The notes: generated by a model not told the origin, from the sequence alone. DNA of 64,000 nucleotides from an uncultured Gammaproteobacteria bacterium (GCA_965230935.1 OZ246400.1:566359-630358), one strand, 5' to 3'; numbered from the stretch's first letter, positions 42,483 to 55,100 are shown. Numbers and translations: made by a program.

Positions 42483-42639
42483 GCACTGCGTTTTTTGGAA
42501 AAGAACGGTGTGCAGCTTCGTGCTAACACAGGTTTTACAGCTACAGCTCGGAAATGACTCGACGATGGATTCTCCTCAGTCCCATGTCTTCACCACTTCA
42601 CTCATCAACGGATGATCTCCGCTCATGAGTGCAGTTGTG

Positions 42640-43791
42640 TTACAGAGCAAATGGATTTTCCCCTGTACGCGCCTGGTGTGCCATTTGTCCAACAAGCAAA
42701 TTCCAACTAACAAAGTTAGGCGCTGCCAGTGGCTTCCCAGTATCAGCATGATAATTTTCATGCATGCCACCGCTGGTCTTAATATCGCGCAAACAAATGG
42801 TCATAATTTTGTCTGCCAACTCCTTGGCCTGCTTTGTGAACCCATAATTCAACAAGGCATGTAAATATAGGTAATTGGCGATTGGCCACACCGGCCCTTG
42901 CCAATTAGAATGCGGCTTGATGATATTTCGATTATTGTATCGGGGATCTGTTTTTGTCAAGGTTCGAATTCCCCATTTTGCCCACATCTCCTTTGGATTA
43001 ACCACATATCGCTTAATTTGAGATTTTCCGTCTTTAGGTGATGCAAGTCCGGCCCAAAGTGGAATAATATTGGAATAGGTGTGACAACGGATAAACTCAC
43101 CGGTCTTGGTATCAATGTTGTAATAAGTCTTATCTTTTGCATCCCACAAATGCTTGTTAATATTACGCTTAAGCTGTGCCGATCGTTTTGCCCAGTGCTT
43201 TGCACGAGCAGTTTTGCCAAGCGCACGAGCAATCTTGCTCATTGCCTTATATTCTCGGTATAAAAACGCGTTTAGATCTGCGGCAATCACACTACGATTT
43301 GGATACTCCAACGCAGCGACGTTATTGTCAGCACCAGATTCCATGCTGTCATACCAACACCCAAGATCATACTCTTTTTTCCATGAGGTGCGTTCGCGAT
43401 ACGTAATCGCTTTTTCAAGTTTTGCAAAATGCGGCTTAATCCAATCAAAACTATTGAAATTTTTTGATGCAAAATAAATCCCTTGTGCTAAAAACGGTTT
43501 AATATGATGCAAACGCATATCACGTCCTTTTGGAGTAACCAATCCTGGGGTAAACCCTGTTTTTGCGTTTGTGTACTTCAAATAGTTGAGCGCCCAATTG
43601 CGCAGATATACCGCTTCACTGGGCAACTCACTGAGCAAACTCATCCCAATAAAGAAGGCGTCCCAATCCCACTGCTCTTCATATGGACCAGCCGGAACCA
43701 AATAATCATACTTGAGCGCACCTTTTGCACGACGCTTTACTTCACTTTTATGAGCTAAGAATGCTTTTTTGATTTGCTGTTCAAGAGACAT
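42640..43791 (-). CDS. (alpha/alpha)6-barrel glycoside hydrolase candidate (GH63/GH37/GH100-like)
   Basis: Length and aromatic-rich composition only; no motif identified with certainty. Start set at MSLEQQ. Confidence 0.35.
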   Translation of the reverse strand: MSLEQQIKKAFLAHKSEVKRRAKGALKYDYLVPAGPYEEQWDWDAFFIGMSLLSELPSEAVYLRNWALNYLKYTNAKTGFTPGLVTPKGRDMRLHHIKPFLAQGIYFASKNFNSFDWIKPHFAKLEKAITYRERTSWKKEYDLGCWYDSMESGADNNVAALEYPNRSVIAADLNAFLYREYKAMSKIARALGKTARAKHWAKRSAQLKRNINKHLWDAKDKTYYNIDTKTGEFIRCHTYSNIIPLWAGLASPKDGKSQIKRYVVNPKEMWAKWGIRTLTKTDPRYNNRNIIKPHSNWQGPVWPIANYLYLHALLNYGFTKQAKELADKIMTICLRDIKTSGGMHENYHADTGKPLAAPNFVSWNLLVGQMAHQARTGENPFAL

Positions 43792-43792
43792 A

Positions 43793-44638
43793 TTATTGTT
43801 GCCACGATTCTGTAGCACGTTTATATACTTCGGCTGAACCAACATCAAACCATTTTCCAGAAAATGGGTAGCCGCATAATTCTTGCTCACCAGTGAGTGT
43901 GCACAGCACATCTTCTTCAAAACTTGCCGTTTGGGAAGTAATGCTTTTCAAGATCGCGGGGTTCACCACATAAATACCACTATTGATCATGTGTGAATTT
44001 TTATTACTTCGCTCTTGCTTCGCATTAAACCGTACAACATAATTTCCTTCCATGCCTACGGTTCCCCAAGGTTCGGTATCAGTCACTGTGGTAACTGCCA
44101 TCGTAACCGCACTGCCATTTTTGTCATGAAATTCAATCAAGCTCAACCAATCCACCTGTGCCAATACATCACCATATACTAACAAGAATGGTTCGTCTCC
44201 AATTTGTTCTTTTGCAAGTGAGATAGCATGCGCAGTTCCTTTTTCCTCTAAATCAGTAATATACGAAATATGAGCCCCAAATCGGGACCCATCTTCAAAA
44301 TAGCGCTCAATTTTACTCCCAAGATGTCCGGTAACGAGAATAATATCCTTAAGTCCTGCAGCCACCAACGACATAATGGTATGCTCAATGAGGGGTTTTT
44401 CATTAACCGGCAACATGACTTTTGGATATTCATGCGCTAATTTACCCATTTTTGTGCCTTTACCACCGGCCAAAACCACCACTTTAGTAACTTTCGACAA
44501 GATGTGCTGGTTCAAAATATACTCAATCGCATGGGAACGATTGCGAATGGTCTTTTTGTCGATCATTCTGTCGACCTTCTTTAAGATTGAAGGCGAAAGT
44601 GTAATCGTAAGTCTCTCTTTTTTTGCCTGTGGCGCCAT
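43793..44638 (-). CDS. Ribbon-helix-helix domain fused to a sugar-phosphate nucleotidyltransferase
   Basis: N-terminal RLTITLSPSILKKVDRMID (CopG-like) then VVVLAGGKGTKM NTP-transferase. Confidence 0.55.
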   Translation of the reverse strand: MAPQAKKERLTITLSPSILKKVDRMIDKKTIRNRSHAIEYILNQHILSKVTKVVVLAGGKGTKMGKLAHEYPKVMLPVNEKPLIEHTIMSLVAAGLKDIILVTGHLGSKIERYFEDGSRFGAHISYITDLEEKGTAHAISLAKEQIGDEPFLLVYGDVLAQVDWLSLIEFHDKNGSAVTMAVTTVTDTEPWGTVGMEGNYVVRFNAKQERSNKNSHMINSGIYVVNPAILKSITSQTASFEEDVLCTLTGEQELCGYPFSGKWFDVGSAEVYKRATESWQQ

Positions 44639-44740
44639 AGGTGTGTATCCCCCTTAATTACCCTTAACTAGGGTACTATCATACCTTATCATACCTATAC
44701 AGCTCGTCAAGCAAATCGTCCACAATAAAAAAACAGCCAT

Positions 44741-44852
<112 letters not shown>

Positions 44853-44925
44853 ATAGCTGCTTTCGCGCTATTGCTATTTGATTGTTTTGAAAATGAAGAC
44901 GCACACATACCGCAAGTATAAAACA

Positions 44926-47985
<3,060 letters not shown>

Positions 47986-48340
47986 GATTATTGTTATCGT
48001 TTTTGATGCGTGCGTCTTCAATTTTCAAAGTTCTGCCGATGAGCATCAATGGGATTTTTAATGCTGGACGCAATCCCATCTGGTTCAGCGGTAGTAGGTG
48101 AGGATGGAACAAGTCCACCTTCACCTAGCACTGCTTAACCTTTTCACTCATTTTTAAATTTTGCGATCAAAAAACTCCGCGGTTCGCGGAGCGCCAAGAA
48201 CCTGTCTTAGCGTTACCCGCGATATTGATTAGAACCTACTCTTTGTGTGATGAAATTCATCAGAGAAGTTACTAAATTAGGGAAACGCTAGAGGTCCAAA
48301 CCCTCAAAATGGAGGACATAGCCGTATTCGATCTGGCAGT

Positions 48341-48369
48341 ACTATATAGGAAGTACGAAAACTTGTCAA
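48341..48369 (-). promoter_or_regulatory. Consensus TTGACA-N17-TATAGT promoter pointing into the rRNA leader
   Basis: Minus strand reads cTTGACAagttttcgtacttcctaTATAGT. A boxB-like hairpin with T-tract follows at about 48170-48200. Confidence 0.45.
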
Positions 48370-48475
48370 GGATTGATGTGGATGAGTTGTGTATGATTGA
48401 CGTTTCCTCTAAATCATGCGACGCTATGGCTATGCGTCGATCCTGACGCACAAAACCATCAGACGAGGAGGGCTG

Positions 48476-49039
48476 ATGATCGAGTTGCTCACGACAATGG
48501 CGTTCGTAGCGCCTGACGACAGACCAGAAATGAATCCGGAGCCTCCTGAACAGGAGACGCACGGGTTCAATGTCCCGTTGTGGGCCGGCTGGATGCTGAT
48601 GTGTCTGGCCCTGGGTGCGGCGTTCGCTTTGCTGATCTCACCACTCAGCGCTGCCTGGTGGGTGCACCTGATCAACGGTGCGGTTGCCATGGCGATCATC
48701 TTCCTACTGAGTGTGCTGATCGCCAGGATGAACAACCCGGAGCTCCTCACCAAGATCAAGCAGATGCTGTTGATCAGCTTCATGGCAGGAACGTTCTGCT
48801 ACCTCGGCTTTGCGCTGGCGAGCTGGGAGCTGATGGTCGAGGATGGGCAGTACTACGCCAAGGAGCTCTCCTTCATCAACTTGCGGCACATGTTCACCGG
48901 CCAGATCGTGACCTTCATCGGAATCACGTTCTGGTGGCGAACCGCTAATGGTGACTGGGCGACGCCAACGCGAAAAGATGGAACCCCACCATCACCGGAT
49001 TCGAGCCGACCAACGCAACGACCAGGACGATTCCTGTAG
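48476..49039 (+). CDS. Membrane protein (4-5 TM) in GC-anomalous island E
   Basis: gaggaggg RBS before MIELLTTMAFV. About 60% GC. Confidence 0.4.
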   Translation: MIELLTTMAFVAPDDRPEMNPEPPEQETHGFNVPLWAGWMLMCLALGAAFALLISPLSAAWWVHLINGAVAMAIIFLLSVLIARMNNPELLTKIKQMLLISFMAGTFCYLGFALASWELMVEDGQYYAKELSFINLRHMFTGQIVTFIGITFWWRTANGDWATPTRKDGTPPSPDSSRPTQRPGRFL

Positions 49040-49104
49040 CGCGTGGGCCGGCACACAAACAACTCACACAACGAAACCGCCTGGACAACTTGTTCGGGCG
49101 GTTT
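49040..49104 (+). repeat. Island E 3' module for the plus-strand gene
   Basis: TAGcgcgtgggccggCACACAAACAACtCACACAACGAAACCGCCtggacaacttgttcGGGCGGTTT. Confidence 0.6.
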
Positions 49105-49119
49105 ACATTTAGGTAAATC

Positions 49120-49161
49120 AAAACACAACCCGGTTGGGTCGCGCTTGGTTGTAGTGAGTTG
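49120..49161 (-). repeat. Island E 3' module for the minus-strand gene (CA-rich then aaccgggtt-type hairpin)
   Basis: Sense strand reads TGAcaactcactACAACCaagcgcgacccaaccgggttgtgtttt. Confidence 0.45.
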
Positions 49162-49605
49162 TCAGTCCCAGATGGTGCCGCAGCCCTCGCACTGGTAGCA
49201 CGTGTCCTTGAACTTCCAGGCGTGGGTGCCTCCTGCAGGGCAGGGGTCGTCCGGCGGGCCATCGTCGGTCTGCTGCGGGTCGTACAGCGCGATGTAGCAG
49301 TCGGCCTGGGCGCCACCCCAGTTGAGCTCGAGGCCGTAGGCTTCGAGGAGCTCTTTGAGTGACCGAAGCGTTCCGCGACCGAAGAACGTGAGCATGAGCA
49401 TCTCCGCTTCGCTCCGATCAAGCAACTCTCGAAGCGTAGATGGCATGCGCCGACGGGGATTCTCCCGCCCCCGCACTTTCTCTTGCACGCGCCGCAGTTG
49501 AGCGATAACACGGGTCGCCAACCCCATCCGTGACAACGAGAATAACAACTGCTCGCTTCCCCGAAGGGTCTGCGCCACTTCCTGGCGCGTGATGTTCGTT
49601 GACAT
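49162..49605 (-). CDS. Small putative regulatory protein: HTH (RpoA alpha-CTD-like) plus C-terminal C4 zinc ribbon; GC-anomalous island E
   Basis: LSRMGLATRVIAQL and LRSLKELLEAYGLEL, then ...CYQCEGCGTIWD. Promoter TTGACT-N17-TTAGTT, palindrome ttgactTCagtcaa and gaggagga RBS. Confidence 0.4.
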   Translation of the reverse strand: MSTNITRQEVAQTLRGSEQLLFSLSRMGLATRVIAQLRRVQEKVRGRENPRRRMPSTLRELLDRSEAEMLMLTFFGRGTLRSLKELLEAYGLELNWGGAQADCYIALYDPQQTDDGPPDDPCPAGGTHAWKFKDTCYQCEGCGTIWD

Positions 49606-49673
49606 TGCTCCTCCTCAACGCAATTAAAAAGTGGGTGTAGGTACCCACAACTAATCACATTATTTGACTGAAG

Positions 49674-49958
49674 TCAACCTTTTTGGACCAGCACAACTAC
49701 ACAACTTCCGCCATGCAACTCTACTTCCCACTGCGCTACAAGCGGATTTTCTTGGAGCGTTTCTTGAACTGCTTTACTAAGCACCCCATCACCCAACCCA
49801 TGAACTACGCGACAGTACGACTCCCCTTCCTTGTACAAAGAAAACAGTTCACGCTCAAGTAACTCTAAAGCGCCAGCAACTGAATCTGTCTGGTGCAGAT
49901 CAATTACCGGCGCCTTGGCATCGAGTTGCGCGGCAAGAAGTGCTGCGCGATCATTCAT
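49674..49958 (-). CDS. Smr-domain protein
   Basis: IDLHQTDSVAGALELLERELF...VVHGLGDGVL. Confidence 0.5.
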   Translation of the reverse strand: MNDRAALLAAQLDAKAPVIDLHQTDSVAGALELLERELFSLYKEGESYCRVVHGLGDGVLSKAVQETLQENPLVAQWEVELHGGSCVVVLVQKG

Positions 49959-49963
49959 AACAA

Positions 49964-50725
49964 TTAGTGATGAGCTTTTGGTTTTGACAGATCAATCCCA
50001 AACTTTTCAAACGCACGCAACACTTCAAGTGGAATCGCAAAAATCACGGTGTTGCTTTGATCAGAACTCAAATCATTTAGTGTGTTAAGCGTACGTAAGT
50101 GCAACGCCCCAACTTGCCCAGATAATGTTTGTGCGGCGCTAGCCAAATTATCAGCTGCCTCGACTTCTCCACTTGACTTGATCACCACCGCACGGCGTTC
50201 ACGCTCGGCTTCTGCTTGTTTCGCAATGACGCGCTGCATATCTTCTGGTAAAATCACATCTTTAAGTTCGACAGATTCAACCTCAATCCCCCACGGATCA
50301 GATGCCGTGTCGACAATCTCTTTAATCTTACGCGCTGCCTCAACACGATTCGCCAATAACTCATCAAGTTCCATCTCCCCAACTACATTTCGCATGGTGG
50401 TCTGTGCCAACTGGCTTACCGCATGACGAAAATGTTCGACTTCCAAAATCGCGCGAGCAGCATCATTCACCTTATAATAAATCACAGCGTTAATTTTGGC
50501 AGAAATATTATCACGGGTGATTGCTTCTTGAAACGGCACATCGACCGCTTTCACCCGCATATCAACCTTGGTCATTGATTGAAACACTGGAATTACCAAA
50601 CGCCAACCTGGCTTCGCAATACTGGTAAACTTTCCTAAGGTAAACTTCACCCCTCGCTGAAATTCGTTCACCTGACGAATACTGATTAAAATGATGAGGA
50701 CAATGAGTCCAATTACATATCCCAT
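49964..50725 (-). CDS. SPFH/band-7 (stomatin/prohibitin-like) membrane protein
   Basis: N-terminal TM segment then an SPFH domain and C-terminal coiled coil. Confidence 0.75.
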   Translation of the reverse strand: MGYVIGLIVLIILISIRQVNEFQRGVKFTLGKFTSIAKPGWRLVIPVFQSMTKVDMRVKAVDVPFQEAITRDNISAKINAVIYYKVNDAARAILEVEHFRHAVSQLAQTTMRNVVGEMELDELLANRVEAARKIKEIVDTASDPWGIEVESVELKDVILPEDMQRVIAKQAEAERERRAVVIKSSGEVEAADNLASAAQTLSGQVGALHLRTLNTLNDLSSDQSNTVIFAIPLEVLRAFEKFGIDLSKPKAHH

Positions 50726-50837
50726 ACAATTGGTGTTAATTCTATACTTAGCTTAGCGCAGATCGTAGTTTTGTCAACGGAATACATTTACAGGGTGAGT
50801 CAATCGCGTATACTAAAGGTAGATAACAGAGAATATT

Positions 50838-51314
50838 ATGGGGCTCACAAAAATCGTTGTTGCTATTGTCGGACTCATTATCGTGATTGTCGTTGCGATC
50901 GCTGTAGTTACTTTTTTGAAATCTAAGAATGACGTGCCGGCAGATAACATCTATCGGTATATTACCCATGTTGATTTTGAACAAAATTTGAAACAACAGC
51001 ACGCGATGGTGGCGCAAACACTTGCCCAGCTTCGTGAGCTGGGTATTGGTGAGAATCAAAAACTTAAACTTGAATCTTTATTTTACACGAACACCGCAGA
51101 AAACGCTGAAGCCTTGGCGCGCGCATTACAACAGCAAGGATATCGTGTTGACGCCGATGTTGTTGACGATGAACCAGGATCGTTTTATGTAGGTTCTGAA
51201 AGTGTGCCGATCAAGATGGACCAAGACTCAATTGTACAATGGCAAACCGAATTGATTACTTTAGGTTTTGAACATGACGCTGCGTTTGATGGGTGGGGAG
51301 TTGGTGTCGAGTAA
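50838..51314 (+). CDS. Membrane-anchored acidic protein (possibly RraB-like)
   Basis: N-terminal TM segment plus an acidic alpha/beta domain. Family call is weak. Confidence 0.3.
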   Translation: MGLTKIVVAIVGLIIVIVVAIAVVTFLKSKNDVPADNIYRYITHVDFEQNLKQQHAMVAQTLAQLRELGIGENQKLKLESLFYTNTAENAEALARALQQQGYRVDADVVDDEPGSFYVGSESVPIKMDQDSIVQWQTELITLGFEHDAAFDGWGVGVE

Positions 51315-51382
51315 TAGTAAAACTCAGCCCTTACGTAATTACAAAAACACCCACGGGTGTTTTTGTCAGATAAGTCAGCTTT

Positions 51383-51895
51383 CTAAAACTCTTCAATTCT
51401 CCACTCACCTTCTTCAAAAATAGCTTTGATACTCGGTTGCTCTGAATTGGTTGTATGGACTGATTTTAAAAGCTTACCTCCATCAACCTTTCCCAAATCA
51501 CTCACCTTGCCAGTTAATTGTAAATTGCTTGACAACACTCCATCTCTCCAAGATTTAAATCCTTCATCTAGCTTTCCTTTACTCAGATATTGATGCCTAA
51601 TCTCTTGCGACAATGAATGTTCGAAGATGGTTATATCGTTATTTCTTAAAGACGCGAGCCAATTATGTACCGCCATACTTGGCGTCGAATAGTCGAGCGC
51701 ACTAAGGTTAAATCCTTCATCTGAACTATGTGTATATTCTACTGGAACATTCCCTGCTTTTAACAGATACGGAGTCGTTGTATTTGTTAAACCACAACCA
51801 GCTAGTACACTGACTACAATTAAAAAACTGATAAGTAATAATTTTTGTCTCATATAGTAGTGGTTAGTTAATAACTCTTTCAGAGTATAGCACAA
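51383..51895 (-). CDS. Lipoprotein, unknown function
   Basis: Signal peptide plus LAGCGL lipobox. Confidence 0.4.
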   Translation of the reverse strand: MCYTLKELLTNHYYMRQKLLLISFLIVVSVLAGCGLTNTTTPYLLKAGNVPVEYTHSSDEGFNLSALDYSTPSMAVHNWLASLRNNDITIFEHSLSQEIRHQYLSKGKLDEGFKSWRDGVLSSNLQLTGKVSDLGKVDGGKLLKSVHTTNSEQPSIKAIFEEGEWRIEEF

Positions 51896-51910
51896 CTACT
51901 TTTTAGTATG

Positions 51911-51991
51911 TGCCGCGGGAGAGACTCGAACTCTCACACCCGAAGGCACCAGGTCCTAAACCTGGCGTGTCTACCAGTTTCACCACCGCGG
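51911..51991 (-). tRNA. tRNA-Leu (anticodon TAG), long variable arm
   Basis: Reverse complement reads gccgcggtggtgaaactggtagacac..tTTAGga..long variable arm..gagttcgagtctc..cccgcggca. Confidence 0.7.
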
Positions 51992-52071
51992 CTTTTCTGG
52001 CCTATTGAACCATATTTGAATAAAACCTTCAACCTCCACATGTTGTTCACCACAAACACACACTTCCTCCA

Positions 52072-52100
52072 TTGACACGGCCTTGTACTCATCGTATACT
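52072..52100 (+). promoter_or_regulatory. Consensus promoter TTGACA-N17-TATACT for the LTD-protein gene
   Basis: aTTGACAcggccttgtactcatcgTATACT, then aaggaggg RBS. Confidence 0.5.
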
Positions 52101-52152
52101 CCGTTAATATTTTCTCGCTCCGCACTAAGGAGGGCGAATTACACAATTGATT

Positions 52153-54003
52153 ATGAAAAAACGTATCGCGATGATGCTGAGTTTGTGTACGCTTATACCT
52201 CTTTGGGCAATTCCACCAACACCAGTACTTGCCCACACCACACAATGTACAGATACTCCATCACCCACCACGATTACTGGCGAAGTGCGTATCAATGAAT
52301 TTGTCAGTAATCCTGGAGCTCAACAACATGAATGGGTTGAGCTATATCTTGTCAACGGTTCGACACAAGACATGACCGGATGGACCTTGGAAGATGCTAA
52401 AGGAAAAATTGCAACTATTACCGGCACACTTACCAAGCAAGTGCCCTATCTTGTGATTGAACTGTCATCAGCAAAACTTAATAACAACGGCGATCAGTTG
52501 ATTCTTAAAACACCAGACGAGACTCCTATCAGTACAGCACGGTATGGATCAGCAAATCCTGATCTTAACGCGCCACACGAATCTGAATCGATCGCTTTTG
52601 ATAACACCACACAAACCTATGTCATTTCTTCTACCATCACCCCAGGAACTGCAAATACCATCACGCCTCGAGCGTCGCAAGAAACGCAAAGCCCATCGTC
52701 GGGCAGCCAAACGACTTCTCAAAGCGCTGGCCAAACAGAATCTGGACTTTTACCAGGAGATCACCCAACACCGCCGACTCCACTAGAGCTCCAAATACAA
52801 ATCACCGAAGTATTACCAAATCCAGAAGGTGATGACGACACTGAATTTGTGGAGCTATTCAACCCAACAAGTAGCACAGTCTCCCTTGTTGGTTGGGAAC
52901 TGCATGATGGGAGTAAAAAAGGATACCAATTTGCTGATGAGATTCTTGAACCAAGATCATATCTCATTGTTGAACGCGATGTCTCTGGACTATCACTCAA
53001 TAATGTTGGAGAAGAGATTGTTGCGCTTTGGCACAAAGATGGTTCGGTGATTGCCAGCACTACATACAGTAGCGCGGCAGAAAATCATGCATGGATGCTG
53101 CACAACAATGGAAAGTGGTATTGGAGTTTGCTCCCGACACCTGGAGCTCCTAATCAATTAGAGCAACCAATACTCACGCAAAAAAACAACCCAATAGTTG
53201 ATGTGCCTTTCGTAACCCTTAAGGATGTGGCCGAACTTGAGTTAGGGACGCAACTTCAGACAAAAGGACTGGTCTCCGCACTTCCTGGCACATTTGGTTC
53301 GCAAATCTTTTATATCTCCGGTTCAGGTATTCAAGTATATTTGTTTAGTAAAGACTTCCCACCACTGGCTATTGGTGATGAGGTTTTGGTAAGTGGCGAA
53401 CTTACGGAAAGCCGTGGTGAACGTCGCATTAAAGTTTCGGGTGCTGAAGATATACAAGTGGTAGGATTCCGAGAACTTATCCCAGAGTCCAAGTCGCTTG
53501 ATCAGATTAGCGACGCACATATCGCAACACTCATTCAGACCAATGGCGTGATTACTGAAAGAACAAAAAGCCAACTCTACATTGATAACACCAAAGCAGA
53601 ACTTCGCATTGATCCTAAGAATATTGGCGAACTTTTGGATGGGCTTCATATTGATGATGAAATTCAGGTGACTGGTATTATCCGGCCAAATAACAAGGGC
53701 ATTACCCTCTATCCGCGCGATGCTGCTGATGTGATCATCACTAGTAGTTCACCAACCAGTACTCCTATCGCTGCGACTGTACCAGACAGCGATTTTCCGA
53801 TGTTTCGCACCATACTTGTGGTAGGTGGGGTCGGTATCTTGTATGTCACCTATCGCTTCTTCAACACAAAAACCGGAGCACTTGAGACCGAACAGATTCC
53901 AATTGATCTCCCGCTACTGCACTCACCACTACACGCACCGGTACGCATTACCCAAGAAGAAGAAATCCAAGAGTTGATTATGCTGCACAAAGAAATGCAA
54001 TGA
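52153..54003 (+). CDS. Cell-surface protein with two lamin-tail domains (LTD), an OB-fold and a C-terminal TM anchor
   Basis: RINEFVSNPGAQQHEWVELY.. and ITEVLPNPEGDDDTEFVELFN.. are LTD signatures. C-terminal hydrophobic segment ILVVGGVGILYV. Confidence 0.55.
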   Translation: MKKRIAMMLSLCTLIPLWAIPPTPVLAHTTQCTDTPSPTTITGEVRINEFVSNPGAQQHEWVELYLVNGSTQDMTGWTLEDAKGKIATITGTLTKQVPYLVIELSSAKLNNNGDQLILKTPDETPISTARYGSANPDLNAPHESESIAFDNTTQTYVISSTITPGTANTITPRASQETQSPSSGSQTTSQSAGQTESGLLPGDHPTPPTPLELQIQITEVLPNPEGDDDTEFVELFNPTSSTVSLVGWELHDGSKKGYQFADEILEPRSYLIVERDVSGLSLNNVGEEIVALWHKDGSVIASTTYSSAAENHAWMLHNNGKWYWSLLPTPGAPNQLEQPILTQKNNPIVDVPFVTLKDVAELELGTQLQTKGLVSALPGTFGSQIFYISGSGIQVYLFSKDFPPLAIGDEVLVSGELTESRGERRIKVSGAEDIQVVGFRELIPESKSLDQISDAHIATLIQTNGVITERTKSQLYIDNTKAELRIDPKNIGELLDGLHIDDEIQVTGIIRPNNKGITLYPRDAADVIITSSSPTSTPIAATVPDSDFPMFRTILVVGGVGILYVTYRFFNTKTGALETEQIPIDLPLLHSPLHAPVRITQEEEIQELIMLHKEMQ

Positions 54004-54036
54004 CATGGTATACTACTGGCATAATTTCACCTCTCT

Positions 54037-55032
54037 ATGCCAAAGAATATTTTCGTCACTCGACGTATCCCATCTGCTGGGCTCGACCTGTTGCTCAAAA
54101 ACAAAAAATTCAATGTTCGAGTTTGGCCAAAAGACACTGCAATCCCGTACAAACGATTACTCAAAGAAGTCAAAGGCACTGACGCGATCTTGAGTTTGCT
54201 TACTGAGACAATTGATGAAAGGGTATTTGCCGCTGCCGGTGATCAACTCAAAGTCGTGGCAAATTATGCAGTTGGTTTTAACAACATTGATATTGCTGCA
54301 GCTGCAAAACACAACGTCGTGGTGACAAATACTCCTGGAGTGCTTACCCAAGCGGTAGCAGAACATACCATTGCCCTGATGATGGCGGCTGGCAAACGTA
54401 TTGTGGAGGCAGATCGATTTACCCGAAGTGGAAAATACAAGGTATGGCAACCGATGTTATTACTCGGAACTGAATTCTCCGGCAAAACTCTTGGTATTGT
54501 TGGTGCAGGTCGTATTGGGTCATTTGTTGCACGATTCGCTGCGGCAGGACTCAATATGAAAGTACTCTATGTAAACCGCCGACGTAATGAAGAGATCGAA
54601 AAACAGTATGGTGCTAAAAAAGTAACATTGCCAACACTGCTCAAAAAGAGTGATGTCGTGACATTACATGTGCCGCTTACTGAGCAGACACGATATATGA
54701 TTGCTGAAAAAGAACTTAAGATGATGAAAAAAACTGCGGTGCTGGTCAACACTGCTCGCGGACCGGTAATCAAAGAAAAAGCGCTGCTGCGATCGCTATA
54801 TAAAAAAGAAATTCTAGCAGCTGCGCTTGATGTATTTGAATGCGAACCATCCATTGATTGTAACACCAAAGACCACTATGCGCTGCGCGAACTTGACAAT
54901 GTAATTTTGACGCCGCATATCGCATCAGCAACACACGAGGCACGAGATGAGATGGCGCGTATTACCGCACGCAATATTATCGCGGTACTTGGTGGGAAAA
55001 AGCCAATTACACCAGTTGATCCAAATCGGTAA
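54037..55032 (+). CDS. D-isomer-specific 2-hydroxyacid dehydrogenase (glycerate/hydroxypyruvate/phosphoglycerate dehydrogenase family)
   Basis: GIVGAGRIGSFVA NAD-binding loop and HIASAT catalytic His region. Confidence 0.75.
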   Translation: MPKNIFVTRRIPSAGLDLLLKNKKFNVRVWPKDTAIPYKRLLKEVKGTDAILSLLTETIDERVFAAAGDQLKVVANYAVGFNNIDIAAAAKHNVVVTNTPGVLTQAVAEHTIALMMAAGKRIVEADRFTRSGKYKVWQPMLLLGTEFSGKTLGIVGAGRIGSFVARFAAAGLNMKVLYVNRRRNEEIEKQYGAKKVTLPTLLKKSDVVTLHVPLTEQTRYMIAEKELKMMKKTAVLVNTARGPVIKEKALLRSLYKKEILAAALDVFECEPSIDCNTKDHYALRELDNVILTPHIASATHEARDEMARITARNIIAVLGGKKPITPVDPNR

Positions 55033-55051
55033 ATCATTGCACAAGATTTCA

Positions 55052-55078
55052 AAAGGCCAGCCTTCCGGCTGGCCTTTA
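55052..55078. terminator. Bidirectional terminator hairpin
   Basis: aaaaGGCCAGCCttccGGCTGGCCttt between two convergent genes. Confidence 0.65.
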
Positions 55079-55100
55079 TATTATCTTATCAATGGAACAC

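Noticed and set aside
47990-48120. Possible intron or insertion near the 23S 5' end
   Set aside because: The overall 23S length (about 3.06 kb) is only modestly long. I could not delimit a discrete insert or a homing-endonuclease ORF by eye, so it is not called.
48272-48562. 96-aa minus-strand ORF spanning the rRNA promoter/island E junction
   Set aside because: It overlaps a promoter and the better-supported island E plus gene, and crosses a GC discontinuity. Likely spurious.
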